Below are positions 9,753 through 17,621 of a stretch of 64,000 bases of DNA, piece by piece. The stretch lies in IMG/VR virus record IMGVR_UViG_3300034117_002447, positions 62,001 through 126,000 of that record. One strand, written 5' to 3'. Made by a program: the position numbers and the translations under genes. The first letter of the stretch is position 1; every line of letters begins with the position of its first letter. Below the pieces are notes generated by a model, which was not told the origin of the DNA, did no database searches, and saw only the letters and a list, made by a program, of their open reading frames with translations.

Positions 9753-10006
9753 TATATTCCGTTTTGTATACAGTACCTAATATAGAGAGCTTGTTGTCGA
9801 ATCCCAAACTCTCTTGTTAATAAATTAGCAGGAGCTCCTTCGTAGATTACTGGGCCGATGCATATAGACATTCTCTTTGCATCAAAGCTTTTAAGTCTGC
9901 CTTGGATTCTGCCAGTTTCAGGATCTGCTAATTTTATTAGCGTATCAGCTAACTCCTTAGGAGTTTCGCAAGAATTTACTATTTGAAATTTTTCTAACTC
10001 AGTCAT
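9752..10006 (-). CDS. Hypothetical protein
   Basis: Coupled ORF; LTREFGIRQQALY motif. Confidence 0.6.
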   Translation of the reverse strand: MTELEKFQIVNSCETPKELADTLIKLADPETGRIQGRLKSFDAKRMSICIGPVIYEGAPANLLTREFGIRQQALYIRYCIQNGI

Positions 10007-10080
10007 TTTATATTTTTAGTTATTATACTATCGAAAAAATAAACGGCCTCCAATCGGAGGCCGTCGGTCCGCCGATACTA

Positions 10081-10353
10081 TCAACGGAGGGGTTCACGGT
10101 TAAGGGAAGAGTCTTTACGTAAGTACTCTTCAAGAGTTTCAAATACAAATTCGTCACTGTCGTCAAGCGGATCGTATCCAATTTTAACTGTGCCGTCTTC
10201 TTCTTTGACGATCATTCTCATTACGCAACCTTCGCATAGAACTGGCATGTAATATCCCGGTTCAAGGCCAGTTGCAATTGATTCAACTTGAATATCCGGT
10301 GAAGCATCTTCGCCGAACATTTCGTCTGCGCATTTATTACAAAAGTCTGCCAT
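10081..10353 (-). CDS. Hypothetical protein with two CxxC pairs
   Basis: FCNKC...LCEGC. Confidence 0.6.
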   Translation of the reverse strand: MADFCNKCADEMFGEDASPDIQVESIATGLEPGYYMPVLCEGCVMRMIVKEEDGTVKIGYDPLDDSDEFVFETLEEYLRKDSSLNREPLR

Positions 10354-10355
10354 TA

Positions 10356-10871
10356 TTAATTTATCTTTGTGTTTATGATTGCGATTGCGTATGAGTTTAC
10401 CAAAGGTCTTCCAGTGTTATAACAGCCAAGAGCAATATCCCATCTGCCAAATCTCTTCTTTAATTTAGAAAGAACTCGCATTGATGTTTCGACATTGAAT
10501 TCAAGATCAGTCAACAGCATGTGTTTAGTTACCTTGACGTCTTTCCATGCAGATTGGCCAGTTGGAACCTGTATCTGCATTGCACCATACGCTGCGGCTG
10601 ATGAAGTTAATTGTGGATTGTATTTCCAATCAAATGGACCATCATAACCTGTTTCTTTGTGAGCCACTCCATACGCGATATTGAAAGGAACTCCATATTG
10701 TTCAGAGTATTTCTTTAAGTAGTCGTATAATTGAATTGACGGAGGGGCATCTTGAATATTCATTACCCCATCCGGCAATTCATTCGATTTCCTTTCACGC
10801 ATTTCGTAAGCCCATGTTGCGCCAAATACTACTAAGCATATTAGAACAACTAGAGATTTTACGGAGAACAT
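10356..10871 (-). CDS. Lytic transglycosylase (SLT domain) with N-terminal anchor
   Basis: Catalytic ET, AYGAMQI, ALGCYNTG; start moved to MFSVK. Confidence 0.8.
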   Translation of the reverse strand: MFSVKSLVVLICLVVFGATWAYEMRERKSNELPDGVMNIQDAPPSIQLYDYLKKYSEQYGVPFNIAYGVAHKETGYDGPFDWKYNPQLTSSAAAYGAMQIQVPTGQSAWKDVKVTKHMLLTDLEFNVETSMRVLSKLKKRFGRWDIALGCYNTGRPLVNSYAIAIINTKIN

Positions 10872-10875
10872 GATT

Positions 10876-11211
10876 TTATTGTTGAGCAGCTGGTGCCACT
10901 TGTTTGTAGATGCGATTGGCATACAGGTTAAAAATAACGATACCGATTGAATCCTGATAAATTGAATAGATTCCAGATTTTCGGTCGATTACAAGCAATT
11001 CATTTCGCTCATTGATTGCAACCGATGTTTCTGATAGGGGTTTAATATTTTCCCATTCAGTTTTTGCGGTTTTATTTGTTACCATCCAGTAGTAATAACC
11101 AATAAAGAAGCCTGCAACTAGAGCTAATGCTAAAATCATTAAGTTGCCCAATTTTTTGCTCAACTTTCCTAATTTATCTAGGATCGTTTGCATTACTTGT
11201 TTTTTGTCCAT
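10876..11211 (-). CDS. Hypothetical membrane protein
   Basis: TM helix; start moved to MDKKQ downstream of a TATAAT box. Confidence 0.6.
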   Translation of the reverse strand: MDKKQVMQTILDKLGKLSKKLGNLMILALALVAGFFIGYYYWMVTNKTAKTEWENIKPLSETSVAINERNELLVIDRKSGIYSIYQDSIGIVIFNLYANRIYKQVAPAAQQ

Positions 11212-11239
11212 AACTTTTATATGTTTAAGGTTTATATTA

Positions 11240-11443
11240 TTATACCAAAATTGGCACGCTATTGTTAATAAGTTTCCAATTGAGTCCGTCAAATCCTTCC
11301 AGCTTAAACTCACTTGGTATTTTAAAAATATTAATTACCTCATTAAGTTTCTCATACCACTTACAGAAGCACACACCAGTCATGCCAGTCAACGGACATG
11401 AGTAAGTAATCCTATACTCCAGAAAGGACTCGGTTTTTATCAT
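11240..11443 (-). CDS. Hypothetical protein
   Basis: Coupled ORF. Confidence 0.45.
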   Translation of the reverse strand: MIKTESFLEYRITYSCPLTGMTGVCFCKWYEKLNEVINIFKIPSEFKLEGFDGLNWKLINNSVPILV

Positions 11444-11856
11444 AATTTAATTTGGAAACGATCCCTCATTGCTTGTACCTTATCTGCTGGTACTCCATGC
11501 ACGTTCTCTCCACCATGACGGTTCTCAACGATTAGAGAAACTACTCGGTAATCGTATTGTTTTGCAAGATCGAAGTATGCCTGCATCTCCCACTCTTGGG
11601 TGAATGTGTTTGAGACAACAATCTCTGGGTAAAATTGTGGATTCACCAGACTGTCTTTCATTCTGGTCTCGACCTGGGATCTACACCATTCATGTGCATC
11701 CTTCAGTTTAGTAACATCAAATTCGTATGCACCAGTTTCCTTGTTGTGAAAATACTTGTCAGCTTCGCAAACGGCATACTCATTCCATATTGAATTGGCA
11801 ACAGTTGATTTACCTGCACCAGGAACTCCACGTAGGAGAATTAAGACTCTATTCAT
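11440..11856 (-). CDS. P-loop kinase, AAA_33/polynucleotide-kinase-like
   Basis: LLRGVPGAGKST, VVSNTF, ENRHGGENVHGVP. Confidence 0.8.
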   Translation of the reverse strand: MNRVLILLRGVPGAGKSTVANSIWNEYAVCEADKYFHNKETGAYEFDVTKLKDAHEWCRSQVETRMKDSLVNPQFYPEIVVSNTFTQEWEMQAYFDLAKQYDYRVVSLIVENRHGGENVHGVPADKVQAMRDRFQIKL

Positions 11857-11857
11857 A

Positions 11858-12523
11858 TTAAGGTTTCTTTGTGATTACTTGATCTATAATTCCGTACTTA
11901 ACTGCCTCTTCAGCATTTAACCAGAAATCTCTGGTTGCATCCTTCTTTACTTGGTCAGCTTTCTTACCACAGTATTTACCAAGTAGAACGAAAAGTTCAT
12001 GATTGACTTTTTGCCATTCAGCCCAGTCAACTTCAGCATCCTGAATATTGCCGCTAAAACCGCCAGACGATTGGTGCAGCATTGTGGTTGAGTGTCTTAG
12101 GGAACTACGTTTGCCTTTTGTTCCTGCGCCCAATAGCACTGATCCCATCGATGCGGCCATGCCAGTATTTACGGTTCGGATATCGGCTTTGATATAGTCC
12201 ATTACGTCGACCATTGATAGACCAGACTTAACCGATCCTCCTGGAGAGTCAACGTGCATTGTGATATCTGAATTATCAACAGAATCTAGGAACATTAACT
12301 GAGCCTGTACAATAGTTGACATGTAGTCGTTTACTGGTCCAGCGACCCATAGAATACGATCCCTCATTAATCTGGAGAAAATATCCATTTGAGTAACTCG
12401 CATTTCACGTTCCTCTAAAATATAAGGAGTCATCGATGACTCAACTTGTTTACCGTAATAATCTAATTTCAATGAGGACACCCCGTGCTCGCTCATTGCG
12501 TACTTTTGAAATTCATTCATCAT
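11858..12523 (-). CDS. clpP: ATP-dependent Clp protease proteolytic subunit
   Basis: DIFSRLMRDRI, DSPGGSV, GMAASMGS, MLHQ, RDFWL. Confidence 0.95.
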   Translation of the reverse strand: MMNEFQKYAMSEHGVSSLKLDYYGKQVESSMTPYILEEREMRVTQMDIFSRLMRDRILWVAGPVNDYMSTIVQAQLMFLDSVDNSDITMHVDSPGGSVKSGLSMVDVMDYIKADIRTVNTGMAASMGSVLLGAGTKGKRSSLRHSTTMLHQSSGGFSGNIQDAEVDWAEWQKVNHELFVLLGKYCGKKADQVKKDATRDFWLNAEEAVKYGIIDQVITKKP

Positions 12524-12552
12524 GGTATTAATATACCAATATGAATAGACAA

Positions 12553-13422
12553 TTAGAAGTTATTAGTAGATGAATTATAGAAAACTAATCCGGTTACATT
12601 AGTCGTTTTAGTGATAGTCGGAGTTGAGTAGTTAAATGTTAGTACATCACCTCCACCGCGTTCGCCAAATTGAATTCGGACCGGATAATACGCGCCGGCC
12701 GTTAATGATGCTGTACCTGATGCTTCTACCGGCCCATGTAATCCACCATTATTAACCGTTGCATTTGTTGTAGTGAAACCGGTCTGAGCATTTGCACCTA
12801 TCCACATATACGATGCATCATCACTTGATGTGTAAAATGTATAAGTTTCAGTAGTAGCTGGTTTGAAATAACCTAACCATTGGCAACTAAAATCTGATCC
12901 ATCGTCTGTTCCCGGTTCAGTAATTACAGTAGTTTGTACTGAAGTAGCTGGATTTGCTCCGAATGTTTGAGGCGTTGCGGTTGCAAAGAAACTGACATTA
13001 TCTGCAAAATACCCAGAGTATGTAGTTTTATATAAACCTGCAACGTAAGGCTGAACCCATGAAGTCCAAAATCCATTTGAATTTAACCAAGTAAGAGCAG
13101 CCGATGCGCTAGCTAAATTAGGAGATCCTCCCAAGTCCCTCTTTAAATAATTCGCCAGGTCTAGAAAAGATTGATCGGTTTTAGCTGCACTTCTGGCAAA
13201 TCGAACTGTTCCGATTGCGCCTAATTGAGTTGGCTGATTACCTGCAGGTACAGGTCTACAAATTAAGTAACCGGTTGTATCTTCAGGTCCCATCCACCAA
13301 GTAACTCCGCCTGGCTGAGCTGAATAGTCTTGAGCAGACTCGCCTATTGCAAGATTTACTAAATTAGTAGCTCCTGAGATTGTAGCTTGCGATGGGTTGT
13401 ATGCAAATGGAGTAGTCGCCAT
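12553..13422 (-). CDS. PA14/GLEYA-domain protein (likely virion carbohydrate-binding)
   Basis: FSCQWLGYFKP, TYTFYTSSDDAS, NNGGLHG, YYPVRIQFGE; ATAAATAA motif upstream. Confidence 0.75.
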   Translation of the reverse strand: MATTPFAYNPSQATISGATNLVNLAIGESAQDYSAQPGGVTWWMGPEDTTGYLICRPVPAGNQPTQLGAIGTVRFARSAAKTDQSFLDLANYLKRDLGGSPNLASASAALTWLNSNGFWTSWVQPYVAGLYKTTYSGYFADNVSFFATATPQTFGANPATSVQTTVITEPGTDDGSDFSCQWLGYFKPATTETYTFYTSSDDASYMWIGANAQTGFTTTNATVNNGGLHGPVEASGTASLTAGAYYPVRIQFGERGGGDVLTFNYSTPTITKTTNVTGLVFYNSSTNNF

Positions 13423-13459
13423 CCAATTAATTATTTTGTGTTATTATTTATCTCACATA

Positions 13460-13483
13460 AAAAAACCGGCTGACGCCGGTTTT
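13460..13483 (-). terminator. Intrinsic terminator
   Basis: AAAACCGGC-GTCA-GCCGGTTTTTT on minus strand. Confidence 0.75.
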
Positions 13484-13509
13484 AATTATTAATGAATGGT
13501 GGTTTAAAA

Positions 13510-13960
13510 TCAAAAGAGTGCTGTGTCATCGCTGCTCTGTTCAGCTACACTCTTTTTATCTCCTCTTCCGGCAATTAAGTACCTTTCAATTCGATGTTTA
13601 TATAGTCAGAGTCTATAGTATCCCTTTGCCATATCCGCAAGACACGTTGCAGCGTAGTAACCATCCCGGCAAGGTTTATTGTACTGGGTAAAACATTTCC
13701 AATCAAGTAGTCATGGCTGCCTTTACTGTTCCTCACGCCTTTGTCCCAAACTCTACCCGCATAGTTACATGCTTTGGTCTTGCTGGTTGGGGTCAGCAAC
13801 CACTACTTCATAAAGACGCTAAATGAAATAGCTTGTATCGTTATTGGATGATTTGCCTCTGCAGGTAGTGTCACCCTTTACAACATAAACGTTACAAATG
13901 TTGGCCTTTTTGGAGTTTCGCGAAAAGTACTCATCGAAACTTTATTAACTAAAGTGCTAA
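13510..13960 (-). ncRNA. Candidate large (~450 nt) structured ncRNA
   Basis: No credible ORF; series of hairpins; followed by a terminator. Confidence 0.5.
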
Positions 13961-13972
13961 AAGTTAATGTCT

Positions 13973-14362
13973 TTAAACTGTCTCGTTTTCTCCTGCAAAA
14001 AAGTTCAGGATTGAACGGCTATTGCGTTGCTCATTTGATAAGCACTCAACTTGAATTTTCTTCTCTTGAATTTCTCTCTGTAAAGCGTCATGCTCTGATC
14101 GAAGGCCTGCTAATTCAGAATTGAACTTTGTACGCTCAATGAATTCAGCATCTCTTGCCTCTGCATTAGAGAAAGTTTTCTTTCCGTTTGCATCAACTTC
14201 AGAGTTAATTTCAACCTTGATTTTTGACTGGATATTGGAGATTAATTCGGTACTCTTGTTAGACTCAGTGTTTAGGTCTAAAATTTCCATTTGCAATTCT
14301 TGGATTGCTTGAGGCAATTCCATTAATCGTTCTACTGTGTTAGTTAAATTTGTATTTGTCAT
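13973..14362 (-). CDS. Coiled-coil hypothetical protein
   Basis: Heptad-rich; start moved to MTNTN. Confidence 0.65.
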   Translation of the reverse strand: MTNTNLTNTVERLMELPQAIQELQMEILDLNTESNKSTELISNIQSKIKVEINSEVDANGKKTFSNAEARDAEFIERTKFNSELAGLRSEHDALQREIQEKKIQVECLSNEQRNSRSILNFFAGENETV

Positions 14363-14446
14363 TTGTTTTAAATTAAGATACACTATTACTATACTATTAA
14401 AAATCGATTTAGGTTTAATCGGATGATAAAAAATCTAAAAAATTTG

Positions 14447-14520
14447 TGGACCATTCAGGGCTCGAACCTGAGACCTTCGCATTATGAGTGCGCTGCTCTA
14501 ACCAACTGAGCTAAAGGTCC
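14447..14520 (-). tRNA. tRNA-Ile2(CAT, lysidine type); Met not excluded
   Basis: GGACCTTTAGCTCAGTTGGTTAGAGC start typical of Ile2; loop CTCATAA. Confidence 0.8.
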
Positions 14521-14571
14521 TGGTGGAGGGATTATTTTTTTAGAGTAGAATTCGCCCACCTCAAAACTACT

Positions 14572-14658
14572 TGGTGCCGCAGGTAGGATTCGAACCTACT
14601 CAGCCTTACGACAACAGATTTACAGTCTGTCCTGACTCTCCAACTTCAGCGCTACGGC
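14572..14658 (-). tRNA. tRNA-Tyr(GTA)
   Basis: ACAGA-CTGTAAA-TCTGT; long variable arm; CCA. Confidence 0.9.
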
Positions 14659-14796
14659 AGGTAAGGAAATGAGAAGATGGTTCAGTGGACATCTCATTTT
14701 ACGATTAGCATTACTCTGGTGAATGCCTGCAAACTCCGATTATGTCAGTCAGCATTCACTCTCGAACTATTGACACAATCATTCCCTAATCAACCT

Positions 14797-14871
14797 TGGC
14801 TGGGTGTCCAGGATTCGAACCTGGGACCACTCGATTAACAGTCGAGAGCTCTACCGCTGAGCTAACACCCA
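14797..14871 (-). tRNA. tRNA-Asn(GTT)
   Basis: CTCGA-CTGTTAA-TCGAG; CCA. Confidence 0.95.
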
Positions 14872-14878
14872 ATAAAAT

Positions 14879-14978
14879 AAAAGAACCTCGACCACCATTT
14901 CAGCGCAAGCGCGTGCTTTCAGCTAGGCTTGAACGTTACGTCCTAGCTGGTGGAGTCAGCCTCTACTAAGGTTCTTTT
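14879..14978 (-). ncRNA. Structured inter-tRNA RNA closed by a 10-bp stem
   Basis: AAAAGAACCT/AGGTTCTTTT ends; inner CAGCTAGG/CCTAGCTG. Confidence 0.5.
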
Positions 14979-14979
14979 G

Positions 14980-15056
14980 TCGAGATGGCAGGATTCGAAC
15001 CTGCGAGTTCTCCTGCTCCCAAAGCAGGCGGGGTAACCGGACTCCCCAACATCTCG
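14980..15056 (-). tRNA. tRNA-Pro(TGG)
   Basis: CCTGC-TTTGGGA-GCAGG. Confidence 0.95.
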
Positions 15057-15345
15057 ATAATTTGCTCCATACTGAGACTTGTACGAAGACTGGATTTTAA
15101 CGGGTTTCTCTGACTGTTTCGAGAACCATATCCCTTATTGACGTCTTAGACTATACGGTCCTCCCCCAATAAGTCTTTTTCATTAGTGTCTTACCACATA
15201 AAAACCTGTCAACTCTCTACGTCGGCGCGGCAGAGTCTTGCTCACGTTTACCCGAATCGATCCCCCATTAAGGTCGAGGACTTTTTCACTACCATCGCTT
15301 TTTTAAAGAATGCGACCAATCTTACTGAGTATCTCTTGCTCATAG

Positions 15346-15418
15346 TAGTCCCTGTAGGATTCGAACCTACGACCCTCTGCATGTAAAACAGATGCTCTAC
15401 CAACTGAGCTAAAGGACT
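15346..15418 (-). tRNA. tRNA-Val(TAC)
   Basis: TCTGT-TTTACAT-GCAGA. Confidence 0.95.
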
Positions 15419-15499
15419 GTTTGATACGCTTTCGCCCCCTGTATGACGTATCACCGATGTTTGAGGTCGGCCTCGAACCATTAAGGGAGCCACCGGTCG

Positions 15500-15572
15500 A
15501 GCGGATGGCGAGAATCGAACTCGCATCTCCAGCTTGGAAGGCTGGAGTAATAAGCCATTATACGACATCCGC
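15500..15572 (-). tRNA. tRNA-Gly(TCC)
   Basis: CCAGC-CTTCCAA-GCTGG; U73. Confidence 0.95.
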
Positions 15573-15575
15573 TTA

Positions 15576-15651
15576 TGGAGCGGGAGGCCGGGTTCGAACC
15601 GGCGACCTCAACCTTGGCAAGGTTGCGCTCTACCAACTGAGCTACTCCCGC
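15576..15651 (-). tRNA. tRNA-Gly(GCC)
   Basis: CAACC-TTGCCAA-GGTTG; CCA. Confidence 0.97.
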
Positions 15652-15830
15652 AAGTGGGTGGGATCAGACGCGTTCTGCCCACCGGGACCTCGTCGTTAGA
15701 AAGTCTTGCGACTAACCAGAGCGTACCGAGACACTATCTAACTTCGACTTGAGGTAGTCACGGCCGCCTCTGATCCTCTCAAGTCTATTTCGTATCGTGG
15801 CAAAATGCGGCACGACCCTAATACGATGTG

Positions 15831-15904
15831 AGCCTCCTGACGGATTCGAACCGCCGACATCCTCATTACAAGTGAGGCGCTCTGGCCAACTGAGCTAAGG
15901 AGGC
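15831..15904 (-). tRNA. tRNA-Thr(TGT)
   Basis: CCTCA-CTTGTAA-TGAGG. Confidence 0.95.
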
Positions 15905-15909
15905 AATGT

Positions 15910-15986
15910 TGGTGGACCGTGAGAGACTCGAACTCTCGACCCCCGCAGTGCAAGTGCGGTGCTCTAGCCAACTGAGCTAACAGCCC
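15910..15986 (-). tRNA. tRNA-Ala(TGC)
   Basis: CCGCA-CTTGCAC-TGCGG; G3:U70; CCA. Confidence 0.97.
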
Positions 15987-15990
15987 ATTT

Positions 15991-16130
15991 AAGAACAACG
16001 TTGGAGTACCCGTCTCGCTCCAATCTTAACAGCTTCATCAGAGTTTTCTCTGGGCCCAGGCTGAGGGTGGTGAACTCTTGATCCGACCGTGATTGTCGAC
16101 ATCACATTGGCCGGAGAGACCGTTGTTCTT
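15991..16130 (-). ncRNA. Structured inter-tRNA RNA with possible pseudoknot
   Basis: Perfect 10-bp closing stem AAGAACAACG/CGTTGTTCTT and three inner hairpins. Confidence 0.55.
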
Positions 16131-16132
16131 AG

Positions 16133-16204
16133 TAGCCCGTACGAGAATCGAACTCGTCTCTCACCCGTGAAAGGGGCGTGTCCTAACCGATAGACTAACG
16201 GGCC
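16133..16204 (-). tRNA. tRNA-Glu(TTC)
   Basis: CGCCC-CTTTCAC-GGGTG. Confidence 0.95.
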
Positions 16205-16209
16205 AAATA

Positions 16210-16391
16210 AAAGTATACCGTGCTCCGGTTTTTACTTATGGTTTGTTCCCCATAACCTGATACTGTGCACAGTAGAGCAGGGACCTGAACAGAGTACCTT
16301 GGGTCATTTATATCTCTCCGGTTGGGTAGCTAATCCCATGGAGCCAAGGTTCCTTTCATCCGTGCAAGTCGGACTTCTGTTGATATACTTT
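16210..16391 (-). ncRNA. Multibranch structured inter-tRNA RNA
   Basis: Closing stem AAAGTATA/TATACTTT with at least six nested helices. Confidence 0.55.
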
Positions 16392-16393
16392 CG

Positions 16394-16465
16394 CGGTCCC
16401 ACCGGGAATCGAACCCGGCATACCGCCGTGACAGGGCGGCGTTATAGCCGATTAACTACAGGACC
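16394..16465 (-). tRNA. tRNA-Asp(GTC)
   Basis: CCGCC-CTGTCAC-GGCGG; G73. Confidence 0.95.
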
Positions 16466-16574
16466 ATTTCTCTCCAGTTCACTCCTACCCTGTGGGTATA
16501 CCGTGACGGGTTGTTTATCCATGCAAATCTACCTGAAGAGCGATTGGTTTGCGCTCGACGTGCATGGATCCGGG

Positions 16575-16680
16575 TGATTAGAGCCGGACTCGAACCGGAT
16601 ACCGTGCAAGACGGAGTAGACAACCTTACCTCTTTCGAGTTCGGGACTTGGGTACCATCCCGCATTACGCCCATCTAATC
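16575..16680 (-). ncRNA. tRNA-like RNA (GATTAGA acceptor) with non-canonical core
   Basis: 7-bp acceptor GATTAGA/TCTAATC, T arm CCGG-TTCGAGT-CCGG; core has other hairpins and no standard D or anticodon arm. Confidence 0.65.
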
Positions 16681-16685
16681 ATTAG

Positions 16686-16757
<72 letters not shown>

Positions 16758-16762
16758 ATATG

Positions 16763-16833
16763 TTGTCCCGCAAGGATTCGAACCTCGATCTTCTGGACCA
16801 AAACCAGACGTGCTGCCATTACACCACAGGACA
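16763..16833 (-). tRNA. tRNA-Gln(TTG)
   Basis: TCTGG-TTTTGGT-CCAGA; U1:A72. Confidence 0.95.
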
Positions 16834-16930
16834 ATTTTCAATCTCCAATAAGTCAAAGAACTCTTGTTAAACTTATATGATTACTATACCACATTAGGTT
16901 TAATTTAGTCACTTTCTTTCGAAAGATTTG

Positions 16931-17001
16931 CACGGTCGGAGAGATTCGAACTCCCATCTAGGGTTTTGGAGACCCGCATGCTACCATTGCACCACATCCG
17001 T
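16931..17001 (-). tRNA. tRNA-Trp(CCA)
   Basis: Loop CTCCAAA; G73; one acceptor mismatch. Confidence 0.9.
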
Positions 17002-17010
17002 GTATTCTTT

Positions 17011-17088
17011 TGGTTGCGGGACCCGGACTCGAACCGGGAACTTCAGCTTATGAGACTGACGAGATAACCGCTTTCTACGCATCCCGCA
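17011..17088 (-). tRNA. tRNA-Met(CAT)
   Basis: TCAGT-CTCATAA-GCTGA; CCA; irregular D arm. Confidence 0.85.
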
Positions 17089-17093
17089 ATGTT

Positions 17094-17170
17094 TGGTTGG
17101 AATAATAGGAATCGAACCTATAACCTTTCGCGTATCAGGCGAATGCTCTAACCAATTGAGCTATATTCCA
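17094..17170 (-). tRNA. tRNA-Ile(GAT)
   Basis: TTCGC-CTGATAC-GCGAA; CCA. Confidence 0.95.
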
Positions 17171-17176
17171 GTTTAG

Positions 17177-17250
17177 TGTCCCCGACAGGACTCGAACCTG
17201 TGACTCCCTCATTAAAAGTGAGGTGCTCTAACCAACTGAGCTACGAAGAC
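17177..17250 (-). tRNA. tRNA-Lys(TTT)
   Basis: CCTCA-CTTTTAA-TGAGG. Confidence 0.95.
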
Positions 17251-17290
17251 CTGTGTATTTAGACCTGTAACTCTGGGAGTCACTGGGCCT

Positions 17291-17320
17291 TTAGCGTTTA
17301 CGTTTCATATTCTTATTCAT
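17291..17320 (-). CDS. Candidate micro-ORF MNKNMKRKR inside the tRNA array
   Basis: A-rich upstream tract, ATG...TAA, immediately followed by a hairpin. Confidence 0.35.
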   Translation of the reverse strand: MNKNMKRKR

Positions 17321-17328
17321 TTTTTTGT

Positions 17329-17404
17329 TGGTGGTGAGGGGCGGGATCGAACCGCCGACACCAGGATTTTCAGTCCTGTGCTCTACCATCTGAGCTACCT
17401 CACC
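17329..17404 (-). tRNA. tRNA-Phe(GAA), first gene of the array
   Basis: CAGGA-CTGAAAA-TCCTG; CCA. Confidence 0.97.
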
Positions 17405-17409
17405 ATGCT

Positions 17410-17445
17410 AAAACAAAAAACCTCGAATTTTTTAGGTTCGAGGTT
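17410..17445 (-). terminator. Attenuator terminator upstream of the tRNA array
   Basis: AACCTCGAA-CCTAAAAAA-TTCGAGGTT followed by TTTTGTTTT, 5 nt before tRNA-Phe. Confidence 0.85.
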
Positions 17446-17493
17446 CGTTGTTGTTAGTTATGTAATTTCTTAACTTATACCACTAGAACCTCG
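17439..17493 (-). promoter_or_regulatory. Antiterminator (mutually exclusive with the terminator)
   Basis: CGAGGTTC (17493-17486, in the leader ORF) is the perfect complement of GAACCTCG (17446-17439, terminator 5' arm); inner AGTTA/TAACT helix. Confidence 0.75.
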
Positions 17494-17601
17494 CAATACC
17501 CCAAAATCTTTAATCGTCTCCATTGCAATCACATTAACTGTGCCTGCCGGATACTGATTCCAGTTTTGAGTATTTTTTGATATGTTCGTAGTTATTTGCA
17601 C
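17470..17601 (-). CDS. Leader peptide (43 aa) MQITTNISKNTQNWNQYPAGTVNVIAMETIKDFGVLRGSSGIS
   Basis: GTG start after ACAAAAAAATTAAACTC; lies between promoter motifs and the terminator; below the ORF-track cut-off. Confidence 0.75.
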   Translation of the reverse strand: MQITTNISKNTQNWNQYPAGTVNVIAMETIKDFGVLRGSSGIS

Positions 17602-17621
17602 GAGTTTAATTTTTTTGTCTA

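Noticed and set aside
13510-13960. tmRNA or RNase P RNA
   Set aside because: No GGGG...TCCACCA tRNA-like termini and no recognisable RNase P P4 signature by eye.
14627-14637. 11-nt complementarity between tRNA-Tyr (AGTCAGGACAG) and the 3' end of the tRNA-like family
   Set aside because: Both segments are locked in their own stems; a match this short is plausibly chance.
16030-16056. CTGATGA (minus strand) as a hammerhead ribozyme core
   Set aside because: No stem II followed by GAAA and no compatible stem I/III arrangement.
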